The position numbers and the translations under genes are program-made. The notes beneath the pieces are model-generated. The model did no database searches, was not told where the DNA came from, and worked only from the letters and a program-made list of their open reading frames with translations. DNA of 52,790 bases from Coleofasciculus chthonoplastes F2-STO-03 (GTDB taxonomy: Bacteria > Cyanobacteriota > Cyanobacteriia > Cyanobacteriales > Coleofasciculaceae), in the NCBI GenBank assembly GCA_040222015.1, contig JAVJWO010000012.1, forward strand, positions 1 to 52,790, given 5' to 3'. Below, one piece after another: positions 29,339 through 38,967 of the stretch (the stretch's first letter is position 1; each line of letters begins with the position of its first letter).

Positions 29339-29560
29339 AAGTTTTAATCTCGGATTGCTCCGGTAACGTGTTCCTCGACAAAGTTAAAGAGGCAAGTTCT
29401 GTCAAAGACACTGGCTTAGCTCAATAAACCTGTTTAATCCTTGACGACAGGGCTACAAACTGGAAAGCATTCGTAGGTGTCTTGACCTCTTTAACGTAGG
29501 CTTTTAAGCCTCAGTCATGGCTATCTTGTCCACAGTTGTCCTGTGTTGAGCGGATAGCGT
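29339..29560 (-). ncRNA. omega-RNA (HEARO-like) scaffold of IscB
   Basis: Minus strand has CTACGTT...GACACC...TGC.TTCCAG...CTGTCG...TTAAACAG...CAGTG...TTGTCGAGG...TTACC blocks, typical of HEARO RNA, directly upstream of iscB. Confidence 0.75.
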
Positions 29561-29782
29561 AATGTTACAAAAGTTAATCAGCCTGCCGTTTACTTTTCAG
29601 TGTCATCAGTTTAATTAGGGATTGCTGCATTAATGTAGAAGGTATACAATACTTGGGTTTCAAGCATTTTTTTACCGGGGATGGTGCAAGCTTTTGGTAC
29701 ATAAATACTCCTCATCCTTGCATCTGGAGCAGGAAAAATGTATCCCCTGCCTCACACAAGACTCCCAACAGCAGCCCCGAAT

Positions 29783-30055
29783 TAACCTCTCACCTCCCTA
29801 CCGCCATCTGGACAATAAATCTGTGAAATCAGTGTTTTAAGGACGCGGATACTTAGACGCCGGTTCAAAATAGCGTACAGGCGAAGTCGAAACCCACCCT
29901 ACGGTATCTCTAACCTGAAGATGAGAGAACTAACCTATCAGTGTAATCAGTGTAACTAACCTCTCCCCTCCCACCGCCATCTGGACAATAAATCTGTGAA
30001 ATCAGTGTTTTAAGGACTAGGATACTTAGACGCGGGTTCAAAGTAGCGTACTGGC
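29783..30055. repeat. ~100-bp imperfect direct repeat duplicating the PBP1A 3' end and downstream DNA
   Basis: 29783-29882 versus 29957-30055. Confidence 0.85.
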
Positions 30056-31932
30056 TCACCCTTCAACGCCTGACTCATAAAGTCGCGCCAAATCGGTGCC
30101 GCAAATCCGCCCCCTGTCGCCCCACCCCCTAAAGGTCTGTAATTATCATTACCAATCCAAACCGCCGTCGCTAATTGTGGCACATATCCGACAAACCAGA
30201 CATCCCGTTCTGAACTCGTTGTTCCCGTCTTCCCAGCCGCTGGGCGTCCAATTTGAGCAGCGGTTCCGGTTCCACCTTGAATCACCCCTTGCAGAACAGC
30301 ATTCAGTGAAGCCGTTGCCCAGGGATCAAGAACGAGGCGGGGTTTCGGGGTATTATCCAATAAGACATTGCCCACACTATCGGTCACCCGGACAATGATC
30401 GTCGGATCAGAATGCCAACCCGTATTAGCAAACGTGGCATAAGCCCCCGCCATTTCCAAAGGTGTCACCCCAATTGCACCGAGGGGTAAGGAGGTGACCG
30501 GTTCCATGGGACTTTTAATCCCTAGGGTGCGGCACACTTCAATCACTTTATCTAACCCAACCGCTCTGCCAAGCTTAACCGCTGGCACATTTCGCGACTG
30601 CACCAACGCACTACGAATACTCATCGCCCCACCGAAACCGCCACCATAGTTTCTGGGCGAATACCAGCCACTCCCATCCCGGTAGCTGACTGGAGTATCC
30701 ATCACCGTGGAATAAGGCGTATATTTACCACTAGCAAACGCGGTGTAGTAAACAAAGGGTTTAAACGCTGAACCCGGTTGGCGTCGAGATTGAATCGCTC
30801 GGTTAAATTGGCTCTTATCGTACCCAATACCGCCAACCAAGGCTTTGACATAATGGGTGCGCGGATCAACCGCCGCTAATGCCACTTGGTCAGCATATAA
30901 CCCTCGGCGGCGTAAGTTACTGTGAGCGCGAGCAATGCTTTTTTCTGCCATGCGCTGGAAATTGTAATCCACGGTGGTTTGGACACGCATCCCGCCTTTG
31001 AGAACCGCATCGCGACCAAATCGCTCATTCAACTCCGCGACAACAGCTTCGGTGATGTAGGGAAGTTGGCTGGTTTGCCAAGAGGTAACTCTACCCAGAC
31101 GCAAGGGTTGGGCTAATGCTTCTTTTTTCTCTTGAGTTGTAATCCATCCCAGTTCCCGCATCCGTTCCATGACAATTGCTTGCCGTTTTTTTGCTAAGGG
31201 ATAGTTGACAAAGGGACTATATTCTTCTGGAGACTGAATCAATCCAGCTAGCATGGCTGATTCTGCCAAGGTTAACTCGCTGGCGGGTTTGGCGAAGTAA
31301 CTCTCAGATGCGGTTTGGATGCCATAATTGTTATGACCCCAATAGATCTGATTCAGATACATTTCCAATATCTGGTCTTTGGTGAAGATTTGCTCCAGCC
31401 GGATTGCCATAACTGCCTCGGCAATTTTACGCGAGAATTTCCTCTCCCGAGACAGAAACAAGTTTTTCACCAGCTGCATCGTCAAAGTAGAACCCCCTTC
31501 AACTACAGCCCCCTTCTCCCAGTTGGCTAAAAAGGCTCGACCCACACTGTTAGGGTTAACGCCATGGTGAATATAGAAGTGGCTATCTTCCATGGCAATA
31601 ACGGCTCGCTTGAGATTGGGGCTAATTTTTTCTAACTTGACCACCTCTCGATTTGCTTCACCATGCAGGCTAGCCAGGTGCTTCCCCTTGATATCGTAGA
31701 CGTAGGTCGTTTCGGTGGGAATGTAGCCCCTGAGGACTCTCACATCGGGAAGATTGCGGAAGCTTGTCGCCAAGCCCACTAGCCCACCAGCCACAACCGA
31801 GCTAGTTAGCATGGTAATGCCGAGAATGGTTCCGCCTGTTACCTGAGCGACTCCTTGCACGAATCGGAAAGCGGGTGGCAATCCGTTTTTACTATCTCTT
31901 TGTTGTTTTTGTTGGATGGTACTAGACGACAC
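30010..31932 (-). CDS. Class A penicillin-binding protein (PBP1A; transglycosylase + transpeptidase)
   Basis: EDSHFY.H.G, GGSTLTMQL, RKIAE, ILEMYLN; SxxK (SAFK), SxN (SRN) and KTG. Confidence 0.95.
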   Translation of the reverse strand: MSSSTIQQKQQRDSKNGLPPAFRFVQGVAQVTGGTILGITMLTSSVVAGGLVGLATSFRNLPDVRVLRGYIPTETTYVYDIKGKHLASLHGEANREVVKLEKISPNLKRAVIAMEDSHFYIHHGVNPNSVGRAFLANWEKGAVVEGGSTLTMQLVKNLFLSRERKFSRKIAEAVMAIRLEQIFTKDQILEMYLNQIYWGHNNYGIQTASESYFAKPASELTLAESAMLAGLIQSPEEYSPFVNYPLAKKRQAIVMERMRELGWITTQEKKEALAQPLRLGRVTSWQTSQLPYITEAVVAELNERFGRDAVLKGGMRVQTTVDYNFQRMAEKSIARAHSNLRRRGLYADQVALAAVDPRTHYVKALVGGIGYDKSQFNRAIQSRRQPGSAFKPFVYYTAFASGKYTPYSTVMDTPVSYRDGSGWYSPRNYGGGFGGAMSIRSALVQSRNVPAVKLGRAVGLDKVIEVCRTLGIKSPMEPVTSLPLGAIGVTPLEMAGAYATFANTGWHSDPTIIVRVTDSVGNVLLDNTPKPRLVLDPWATASLNAVLQGVIQGGTGTAAQIGRPAAGKTGTTSSERDVWFVGYVPQLATAVWIGNDNYRPLGGGATGGGFAAPIWRDFMSQALKGEPVRYFEPASKYPSP

Positions 31933-32193
31933 TGTGATTTCACTTCCTCACTCAAGAAAAAAAATACTGAATGGCTGTGTGGGAGGCAACCTTAGGGGGA
32001 TACGTTCTATACCTTCTATAGATGATTACAGAAATTTATGGCAAAGTCAGGATTAGCGATGATTCGGCGTTGGCGATTCTTGTCCCCTGTAGACGTTGCT
32101 CCCAGCGTTGAATCAGTGGACGGGTTCTCCCTTAGATTTTAATATTAAGCCTGAGATAATTGTTCATGATAACAAACCGAAGTATTTTGGCTT

Positions 32194-32221
32194 TTGACTG
32201 CAAAAATGGTAACATTACTAT
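32194..32221 (+). promoter_or_regulatory. Possible sigma-70 promoter for tyrS
   Basis: TTGACT-N16-TACTAT; motif only. Confidence 0.35.
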
Positions 32222-32249
32222 TCTGGATTGGCATAAAAAACGGTAAATC

Positions 32250-32460
32250 GTGACATCCTCCCACAGCAAATCGGAGATTATGCTGTGGGCTTCCCAACCT
32301 CACGATTGGGCCATTGCTCCCCTACGCCAGTTATCTAGGCACATAGCCCCCGACACCTCAACTTGAGAGCCAATTTCTTGCTTTTCCAGAGTCCCTGGAT
32401 ACGTTTCTATACCTCGATTACAGATTTCTTGAGCTGAAGCAATATCGCGATCTACCTCGT
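32250..32460 (-). mobile_element. IS200/IS605 relic: tnpB 3' end plus right-end hairpin
   Basis: Minus strand reads [16 protein letters not shown]... (RuvC-III), then CCCACAGCA...TGCTGTGGG hairpin ending GATGTCAC. Confidence 0.75.
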
Positions 32461-32487
32461 GTTAATCTTGAAAGATTTCCCAGACGA

Positions 32488-33696
32488 ATGTCAAATTCTT
32501 TAAACACAATGTCTCAGTCATTATCTTGGTTATACCGAGGTGTTAGTGACATTTTTCCCAACCAACCGGATTCTCAAGACCCGAGTGAGAACCTAGAGCA
32601 ACGGATTCGCCAAACTGAGCGTCCTTTGCGGATCAAGTTGGGAATTGACCCGACGGGGACAGATATCCACTTGGGTCATAGTATTCCCGTAAGGAAATTA
32701 CGGGCGTTTCAGGATGCGGGTCATACGGCTGTCCTAATTATTGGCGATTTTACCGCAAGAATCGGTGATCCAAGTGGTAAATCAGAAGTACGGAAGCATC
32801 TTTCTGACGAACAGGTGCAGCAAAATGCCCAAACCTACTTGGATCAGGTGCGTCCGATTTTAGATTTTGAAACACCAGGACGCCTGGAAATTCGCTATAA
32901 CTCGGAATGGCTAAGTAAGTTGGATTTGGCAGAGATTCTCGATTTGTTAGCCACGATGACAGTGGGGCAGATGCTAGCGAAGGAGGGGTTTGCGGAACGA
33001 TTTAAACAGGAAAATCCGATTTACCTGCATGAGTTTCTCTATCCCTTAATGCAAGGGTATGATTCGGTGGCTGTTCAGGCGGATGTGGAGTTAGGGGGAA
33101 CGGATCAAAAATTTAATATTGCTGTGGGGCGAGACTTACAGCGACATTTTGGTCAACCCCCCCAGTTTGGATTACTGCTGCCGATTTTAATTGGTACGGA
33201 TGGCGTGCTGAAAATGTCGAAGTCGCTGAACAATTATGTGGCGTTGCGGGAGGCGGCTCAACCCATGTATCAGAAGCTGGAAGGGACGAAGGATAATCTG
33301 TTAGAGGAGTATTTTGAGCTACTCACCGACTTATCCTTAGAGGAACTGCCAGTAAATCCGCGCGATCGCCAACAACTTCTGGCTTGGACAATTGTCACCC
33401 AATATCACGGTCAAAAGGAAGCAGATGAGGCAAAAGGCGGGGGCGCTATCCCAGAGTTTTCCCTCTCTCAAGTGGAGTTTCCCGCCAAGTTGTTCTATAT
33501 CCTTAATGCCAGTGGGTTGTGTAGCAGTAGTGGCGAAGGGCGGCGACAGATTAAAGGTGGCGGTGTGAAGCTAGCAGGCGATCGCATTACGGATGTAGAC
33601 TGCACCTTTGATTCCCCAGAGGCTTTAGAGGGCAAGGTTTTACAGGTAGGGAAAAAGAAATCTGTGCGGTTGACATCCTCAGCAGCTAGTGCATGA
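32488..33696 (+). CDS. tyrS: Tyrosine--tRNA ligase (start may be 32509)
   Basis: [27 protein letters not shown] and C-terminal S4 domain. Confidence 0.97.
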   Translation: MSNSLNTMSQSLSWLYRGVSDIFPNQPDSQDPSENLEQRIRQTERPLRIKLGIDPTGTDIHLGHSIPVRKLRAFQDAGHTAVLIIGDFTARIGDPSGKSEVRKHLSDEQVQQNAQTYLDQVRPILDFETPGRLEIRYNSEWLSKLDLAEILDLLATMTVGQMLAKEGFAERFKQENPIYLHEFLYPLMQGYDSVAVQADVELGGTDQKFNIAVGRDLQRHFGQPPQFGLLLPILIGTDGVLKMSKSLNNYVALREAAQPMYQKLEGTKDNLLEEYFELLTDLSLEELPVNPRDRQQLLAWTIVTQYHGQKEADEAKGGGAIPEFSLSQVEFPAKLFYILNASGLCSSSGEGRRQIKGGGVKLAGDRITDVDCTFDSPEALEGKVLQVGKKKSVRLTSSAASA

Positions 33697-33845
33697 CAGC
33701 AAAAGTTTTTGACTACCGGGCGTGCAAGCAGAGGGAGCAGGGAAAGCTGGGGATTAGCGTAAATTTACAAATTTGTCAATAAAATCAGTGGGGCAAGTGG
33801 TATGATAAAAATAATCAGACAGTGTGTTCCATAGGAGGTTCGCTC

Positions 33846-33938
33846 ATGTCACCATTATTGCCGCTCATACTGCTATGGGTTTTTCTAGGAATGGCTTTTT
33901 TATCGAGCATCCATGCAGAAGGCAGAGCTATTACTTAG
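33846..33938 (+). CDS. Putative 30-aa single-pass membrane peptide
   Basis: AGGAGG 7 nt before the ATG; MSPLLPLILLWVFLGMAFLSSIHAEGRAIT*; TGGTATGAT extended -10 at 33798-33806. Confidence 0.5.
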   Translation: MSPLLPLILLWVFLGMAFLSSIHAEGRAIT

Positions 33939-34254
33939 AGCTTGTCAAAAGCACTTTAAAAGATATATTACGTTTCTCATCAGGATGAGGGACTTACAGC
34001 AGATTTAGTGGTTGATGAAGTACAGTCTATCTCAGCAAGATCCCCGACGCCCTAGTGCAGCGCGGCAAAAATACTTGAGCAGCTTCGTAGATACGATGAA
34101 GCAGGGGGAGCAGAGGGAGCTGGGGAAGCTGGGGGAGATATTAGCTGTTCAGTTATTTCTGCTTTCTTGCACTAGAAACCGTACCCGTAGGGTCGGTGTA
34201 GGAGGACGTGACTAGGAACGAACAAGATACAGCTCGTTTTGCTATACTCTAAAA

Positions 34255-34440
34255 AGAACGAACATCCGAGGAAGTCGGATTCCTGTAAAGCGGTGCCTCG
34301 GAACTGAGTATCGTTCCTCAACAGTTTCGTACAAAACAGGCTATATGCCTGTGGGTCGGGAGAAGTCTTTTCCCTATTGGGGAGAGACACTTCACGCATA
34401 TCAATACAAAAAAAGGGGAAAGAAATTTCTTTCCCCTTAA
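34255..34440 (+). ncRNA. Putative structured small RNA
   Basis: TGCTATACT extended -10 at 34240-34248; nested stems GAACGA/TCGTTC, TCCGAGG/CCTCGGA, CAGGC/GCCTG and GAAGT/ACTTC; terminal AAGGGGAAAGAAATTTCTTTCCCCTT palindrome. Confidence 0.6.
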
Positions 34441-34477
34441 ACTATCTATGGGTTTGATAACAAGTAATAAGTTAATG

Positions 34478-34540
34478 GTAGGGGCGGGTTTTACGGATAA
34501 CCTTTGACAAAAACCAATAACTTGACTAAACCCGCCCTTA
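34478..34540. repeat. REP-like GTAGGGGCGGGTTT...AAACCCGCCC palindrome
   Basis: Same family as the 4236, 12104 and 24671 copies. Confidence 0.85.
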
Positions 34541-34660
34541 TTCAAGTGTAGGGGCGAGGTCAACCCGGAGCGAGTGTCAGAGCGCCTTCTTCTAGTGCAT
34601 AAGTTGCACGGTTAAAGAAAAATGGGATAATCTGTGGCTACTTATCACCAAGCATTTTCC

Positions 34661-35368
34661 ATGTCAGTAGCAGAGCGGATTATCGTCCCCTTAGATGTAC
34701 CGACCGAAGCCCACGCGATCGCACTCGTGGAACAATTACCTCAGGTGCGGTTCTGGAAAGTCGGACTGGAACTATTTGTTAGTAGTGGACCGACGATTCT
34801 TCAGGTTCTCAAAGAGCGGCAAAAACGAATCTTTTTAGATATCAAGTTTCACGATATTCCCAATACCGTAGCTGGGGCGACACGGGTAGCGGCTGGATAT
34901 GGGGTAGATTTACTGACAATTCATGCAGTAGCAGGTCGCATGGCGCTCAAAGGAGCGGTAACCGCCGCGAAGGAAGGAGCAGAAGCCGCCGCCTGTTCAC
35001 CCCCAAAGTTAATTGCGATTTCCCTACTCACCAGTTTGAACTCACGAGATTTAGCCTTTGATTTAAAAGTTCCAATTGAGTTACCCGAATACGCCCTACA
35101 GATGGCACTTTTGGCGCAAGAAACCGGATTAAATGGTGCAGTTTGTTCGCCTCAAGAAGTGTCCCAGATTCGACAAGTGTGTGGCGATGACTTTCTCCTG
35201 GTTTGTCCCGGCGTCCGTCCCAGTTGGTCGGAACAGGGCGATCAACGGCGATCGATGACACCCGCAGATGCTCTGAAAGCGGGCGCTGATTACCTGGTAA
35301 TTGGACGCCCGATCACGGCTGCGCCTGACCCCGTTGCGGCGTGGGAAAGAATTTGTGAGGAGTTATAG
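34661..35368 (+). CDS. pyrF: Orotidine-5'-phosphate decarboxylase
   Basis: [32 protein letters not shown] and VIGRPIT. Start at MSVAER. Confidence 0.96.
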   Translation: MSVAERIIVPLDVPTEAHAIALVEQLPQVRFWKVGLELFVSSGPTILQVLKERQKRIFLDIKFHDIPNTVAGATRVAAGYGVDLLTIHAVAGRMALKGAVTAAKEGAEAAACSPPKLIAISLLTSLNSRDLAFDLKVPIELPEYALQMALLAQETGLNGAVCSPQEVSQIRQVCGDDFLLVCPGVRPSWSEQGDQRRSMTPADALKAGADYLVIGRPITAAPDPVAAWERICEEL

Positions 35369-35408
35369 CGCTTAGCGCTGGTATAGTTATAATCATCAGC
35401 TAGATACC

Positions 35409-35471
35409 TCATTGAGGATCTTCGGTGAGAATATCCAAGATGACATTACTATCTACCAAAATTTCGCTCAT
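35409..35471 (-). pseudogene. Truncated VapC/PIN toxin remnant
   Basis: MSEILVDSNVILDILTEDPQ*, with ATGA overlap to the upstream antitoxin. Confidence 0.75.
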
Positions 35472-35695
35472 CGGTTTTCGCGAGTTAGTTGCATAATGTC
35501 GTTAGTTGTCAGTCGGTTAGTGGCTTTACCACGAATGGCAGTAATTATTTGTTTTCCTCGGCTAAAGCCTTGAGGCTTGCGAATGTGCAAGGTATTCCCT
35601 ATTACTTCAAATTGAATTTCTGTCCCTGGTCGAAACCCAAGCTTGTTTTGAATGTCTGGAGGAATAGTAATTTTCCCGTCAGTGTCAATTTTCAT
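35468..35695 (-). CDS. AbrB/MazE/SpoVT-family antitoxin (VapB-like)
   Basis: KIDTDGKITIPPDIQNKLGFRPGTEIQF swapped-hairpin pattern. Confidence 0.85.
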   Translation of the reverse strand: MKIDTDGKITIPPDIQNKLGFRPGTEIQFEVIGNTLHIRKPQGFSRGKQIITAIRGKATNRLTTNDIMQLTRENR

Positions 35696-35814
35696 GCTTT
35701 TTGTCCTTCTAACTAAAGTAACCGAATTATTAATGAATTCCCTGATAGTTTATCGATCGCACTATTCTATTTTTTGGGTTGAAATAGTTTCTTGTCCAAG
35801 TCTTGTAACTCCTT

Positions 35815-36465
35815 ATGAGTCTTAAGTTGCTCCAATGCTTAACCGTTGCCTGTTGGCTGGGATTTCAGATGGATGGTGGGGCATTTAACACCGATTATAT
35901 CCTCGGCTCACAAACGCTGAGAATGAAACCAACAAAGCCAAGAGTCCTCCCCTGTACGCCTGCACTCCTGCACCCCTGTCTTCCTACACCCACACTTCTA
36001 GCTCAATCGGCAACTTGTCCGGAGGATGTAGAAACCTTAACCTCTTTAATGCTGCGGGATTTGCCTGACTACGCGAACCGAGTGATTCAGCGATCGCGAC
36101 CTGTAAATGAGGACATCGATATAGATCTATATATCATCGTGGCAGGGCGAGCGGAATTTCAACCCCTGACCCTCGGTCCCGGTTCCTATAATTCTGTGAC
36201 GACTGCAAACGTAGAACCCCCACAGCAAGTGTTTTTCACCACTCTAGAACGCCAATATGTCGAGGGAGGTGCGATCGAACGAGAGAGTTTTCACTGGCTA
36301 TTTTTAACCAATACCGATAGTGGATGGCGTTTGGCTCTGATGTTTACGCGCCTAGGTTCAGCTTCACCAGAACGCCCACCCACGCCGCCACGAGAGAGTA
36401 GCGATGGTATTATGGGTCGAGCCGTGCAGCTCTGGTTGCGAGATTGTCGGGCAGACGCAATTTGA
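35815..36465 (+). CDS. Conserved cyanobacterial hypothetical protein
   Basis: LMLRDLPDYANRVIQR, QVFFTTLERQY, HWLFLT and AVQLWLRDC; start uncertain. Confidence 0.75.
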   Translation: MSLKLLQCLTVACWLGFQMDGGAFNTDYILGSQTLRMKPTKPRVLPCTPALLHPCLPTPTLLAQSATCPEDVETLTSLMLRDLPDYANRVIQRSRPVNEDIDIDLYIIVAGRAEFQPLTLGPGSYNSVTTANVEPPQQVFFTTLERQYVEGGAIERESFHWLFLTNTDSGWRLALMFTRLGSASPERPPTPPRESSDGIMGRAVQLWLRDCRADAI

Positions 36466-36590
36466 GCCTCATACAGATAGTGGTCTATCTTACAATTTAA
36501 GTTAGTGCTGAATCTGTTGGGTTTGATTGAGGGCATCTTGGTAAATACCTCAACTCCAGTCTTTAAGTTTCCTTTGCTAGTACCAGATTA

Positions 36591-37379
36591 ATGCCCGATA
36601 ATTTGCGACAAACTATTGCTCTTTACGTAGAAGATATTGAATCGCCTGTGGGTAGGCGGGTTAATTTGCTGATTATGGGGTTAATCCTCTTATCTTCAGC
36701 AATTTTCGTGTGCGAGACTTATCCCATACCGCCGCTGCTTCGCCTAAGTCTGGATATTATTGATCGAATTATCTTAATTGTTTTTGTTGCCGAGTATTTA
36801 CTCCGTTTTTGGGTTGCTGACTCTAAAGTTAATTTCTTTTTTAGCCCGGTTTCTCTCATCGATCTAATCGCGATCGTGCCTTTCTTCATTGGCGTGACGG
36901 ATATCCGATTTATTTTAATTTTCCGTTGGTTTCGTATCTTACGGTTAATTCGCTTCCTGACTTTAAAGATTTATGTTTTTAGACTTAGCAATCAAGATGC
37001 CATTATCTTAGCTCGAATATTATTTACATTGTTCACCATAATATTTGTTTACTCAGGATTAATTTATCAAGTTGAACATGGAATAAATCCTCAAAAATTT
37101 AAGACATTTTTAGATGCCTTCTATTTCGCTGTAGTAACGATGACCACCGTTGGATTTGGTGACCTCACGCCAATTTCAGAAGGGGGTCGATTACTAACAG
37201 TGCTGATGATTTTGACAGGTATTGCTTTGATTCCTTGGCAATTGGGCGATTTAGTCAAGCACTTACTTAAAACGGCTAACCAAGTGGAGAAAGTCTGTGG
37301 CGGGTGTGGTTTACCTTTTCATGATTCTGATGCTCAGTTTTGCAAAATTTGTGGGACTAAGTTAGGGACTGCTGAATAA
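36591..37379 (+). CDS. Voltage-gated potassium channel / ion transporter
   Basis: Six TM segments; S4 RWFRILRLIR; pore TTVGFGD; C-terminal CxxC...CxxC. Confidence 0.92.
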   Translation: MPDNLRQTIALYVEDIESPVGRRVNLLIMGLILLSSAIFVCETYPIPPLLRLSLDIIDRIILIVFVAEYLLRFWVADSKVNFFFSPVSLIDLIAIVPFFIGVTDIRFILIFRWFRILRLIRFLTLKIYVFRLSNQDAIILARILFTLFTIIFVYSGLIYQVEHGINPQKFKTFLDAFYFAVVTMTTVGFGDLTPISEGGRLLTVLMILTGIALIPWQLGDLVKHLLKTANQVEKVCGGCGLPFHDSDAQFCKICGTKLGTAE

Positions 37380-37603
37380 GTAGATTGGTGAAGTAAGGAA
37401 AGGGAAACAGAGAACAGGAACAGTTTTTTCATAACTTTACAGCACTTTTCACGTTTATAGAATAAAAAATTTTATTTAAACCTAACTTAATGGTACAATT
37501 ACGGCAATTTTTGGCTCAAAATCACCCTGATCATACACCATCCAATGAAATTATTATTCCCGGTAAACTCTCAGTTGAGAATGAGTCAGAGGCAAATACT
37601 CAG

Positions 37604-38701
37604 TTATAAATCTTCCATTTCCTGATACAGTTCCTCTAAATCCTGCTGTTGAGTCCGCCGAGAACGCCGCCGATATTTCTTTGTTTGTAACTTGGGTTCG
37701 TACTCAGTTTGTCCCTTGCCTTTGGTTTTCGCCTTGAGAGTTGACTCTGGATCAGCTTGTTGGTTCAACCGTTCTTGACGTGCGATCGCTTCCTCTAAAA
37801 AACCCAGATAATGATCATAGCGTTCCCAGTCTCCCTGTACCGCACAGTTGGGTTCATCTCGATGTAAGCAATCACTAAATTGACAACTGGCTACCGCTAA
37901 CCGTTGTCTGGCTTCGGGAAAATAATAGATTAAATCGGCTGGCGTGCAATCCAAGTCAGGCTGATTAAATCCTGGCGTATCTGCCAATAAACCCCCTTGG
38001 GGTAACTCAAATAATTCCACATGGCGGGTAGTGTGGCGTCCCCGTCCTAATTTTCCGGTTACTTCTCCCACGCGCAGGTTGACTTCGGGGGCAAGTTGGT
38101 TAATTAAACTGGATTTTCCCACTCCAGACAATCCAGCTAAGACGGTAATTTTCTGGTTTAAGCGATCGCTGAGTTCGGCTAAACCTGTGTTAGTGTAAAC
38201 GCTGATAAATAGGGGCTGGTATCCCCAGACGTTCAAGCGTTGTTGCCACTGCTGTTGTTCTTCTGGTGTGACTAAATCACTTTTATTGAGACACAAACAC
38301 ACCTGGAACCCCGTCGATTCTGCCTTGACTAAAAAGCGACTCAGTTGATACGCATCTAGGGTAGGTTCTGCTAAAGCAAACACCAACAGAATTTGTTCAG
38401 CATTAGCCACAGGAGGACGATCCAGTTGGGTTTTCCGGGGGAGAACTTCTGCGATCGCACCTCGATTCCCCATCCAGTCGGGTTCCTCAATGACCACGCG
38501 ATCGCCAACCATAACCCGTTGACCAATTTTTTTCAATCGGGAACGACGGGTACACAATAGTGTAGAGACGTAGCATGAGGAGTCTTCTTGATCACAATTA
38601 GACTCTAATCGAACCTGATAGAAATTCGCCTGAACTGCCAGAACTGTCCCCAATAAGGGGGCAGATAACTCAGACGGTGGGATATCGACTACTTCGCTCA
38701 T
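37604..38701 (-). CDS. rsgA: Small ribosomal subunit biogenesis GTPase
   Basis: VGDRV, NKSD, GLSGVGKSS, GRHTT, DTPG and CQFSDCLH...C. Confidence 0.95.
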   Translation of the reverse strand: MSEVVDIPPSELSAPLLGTVLAVQANFYQVRLESNCDQEDSSCYVSTLLCTRRSRLKKIGQRVMVGDRVVIEEPDWMGNRGAIAEVLPRKTQLDRPPVANAEQILLVFALAEPTLDAYQLSRFLVKAESTGFQVCLCLNKSDLVTPEEQQQWQQRLNVWGYQPLFISVYTNTGLAELSDRLNQKITVLAGLSGVGKSSLINQLAPEVNLRVGEVTGKLGRGRHTTRHVELFELPQGGLLADTPGFNQPDLDCTPADLIYYFPEARQRLAVASCQFSDCLHRDEPNCAVQGDWERYDHYLGFLEEAIARQERLNQQADPESTLKAKTKGKGQTEYEPKLQTKKYRRRSRRTQQQDLEELYQEMEDL

Positions 38702-38967
38702 GCAGAAGCTTGCGGACGCCGTACTCTTAGGACAAAGTAGTCTTTGCGATCGTCGAGTGCCTCAATCGGATACCCTGCCATCGCCAGACTATCAGGAACC
38801 TGTTCAATCGGTTCCCCTGGATCAAGCCACACTTCTAATAAAGAGCCGGGCGTCATTTGTTCTAGACGTAGCTTAGTCCGCACAAAGTTAATTGGGCAAG
38901 GTGTTCCTCGCAAATCCAGTTGAGCATCAGGTGTCTGATTAATTGTCGATCCCGTGGGCTTACTCAT
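38698..38967 (-). CDS. Sulfurtransferase TusA family protein
   Basis: [12 protein letters not shown] motif. Confidence 0.9.
   Translation of the reverse strand: MSKPTGSTINQTPDAQLDLRGTPCPINFVRTKLRLEQMTPGSLLEVWLDPGEPIEQVPDSLAMAGYPIEALDDRKDYFVLRVRRPQASA

Larger units (their letters stand above)
28025..29560 (-). mobile_element. Non-autonomous IscB (OMEGA) element with no tnpA; boundaries approximate
   Basis: iscB plus an upstream HEARO/omega-like RNA; related short motifs at both ends. Confidence 0.75.
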
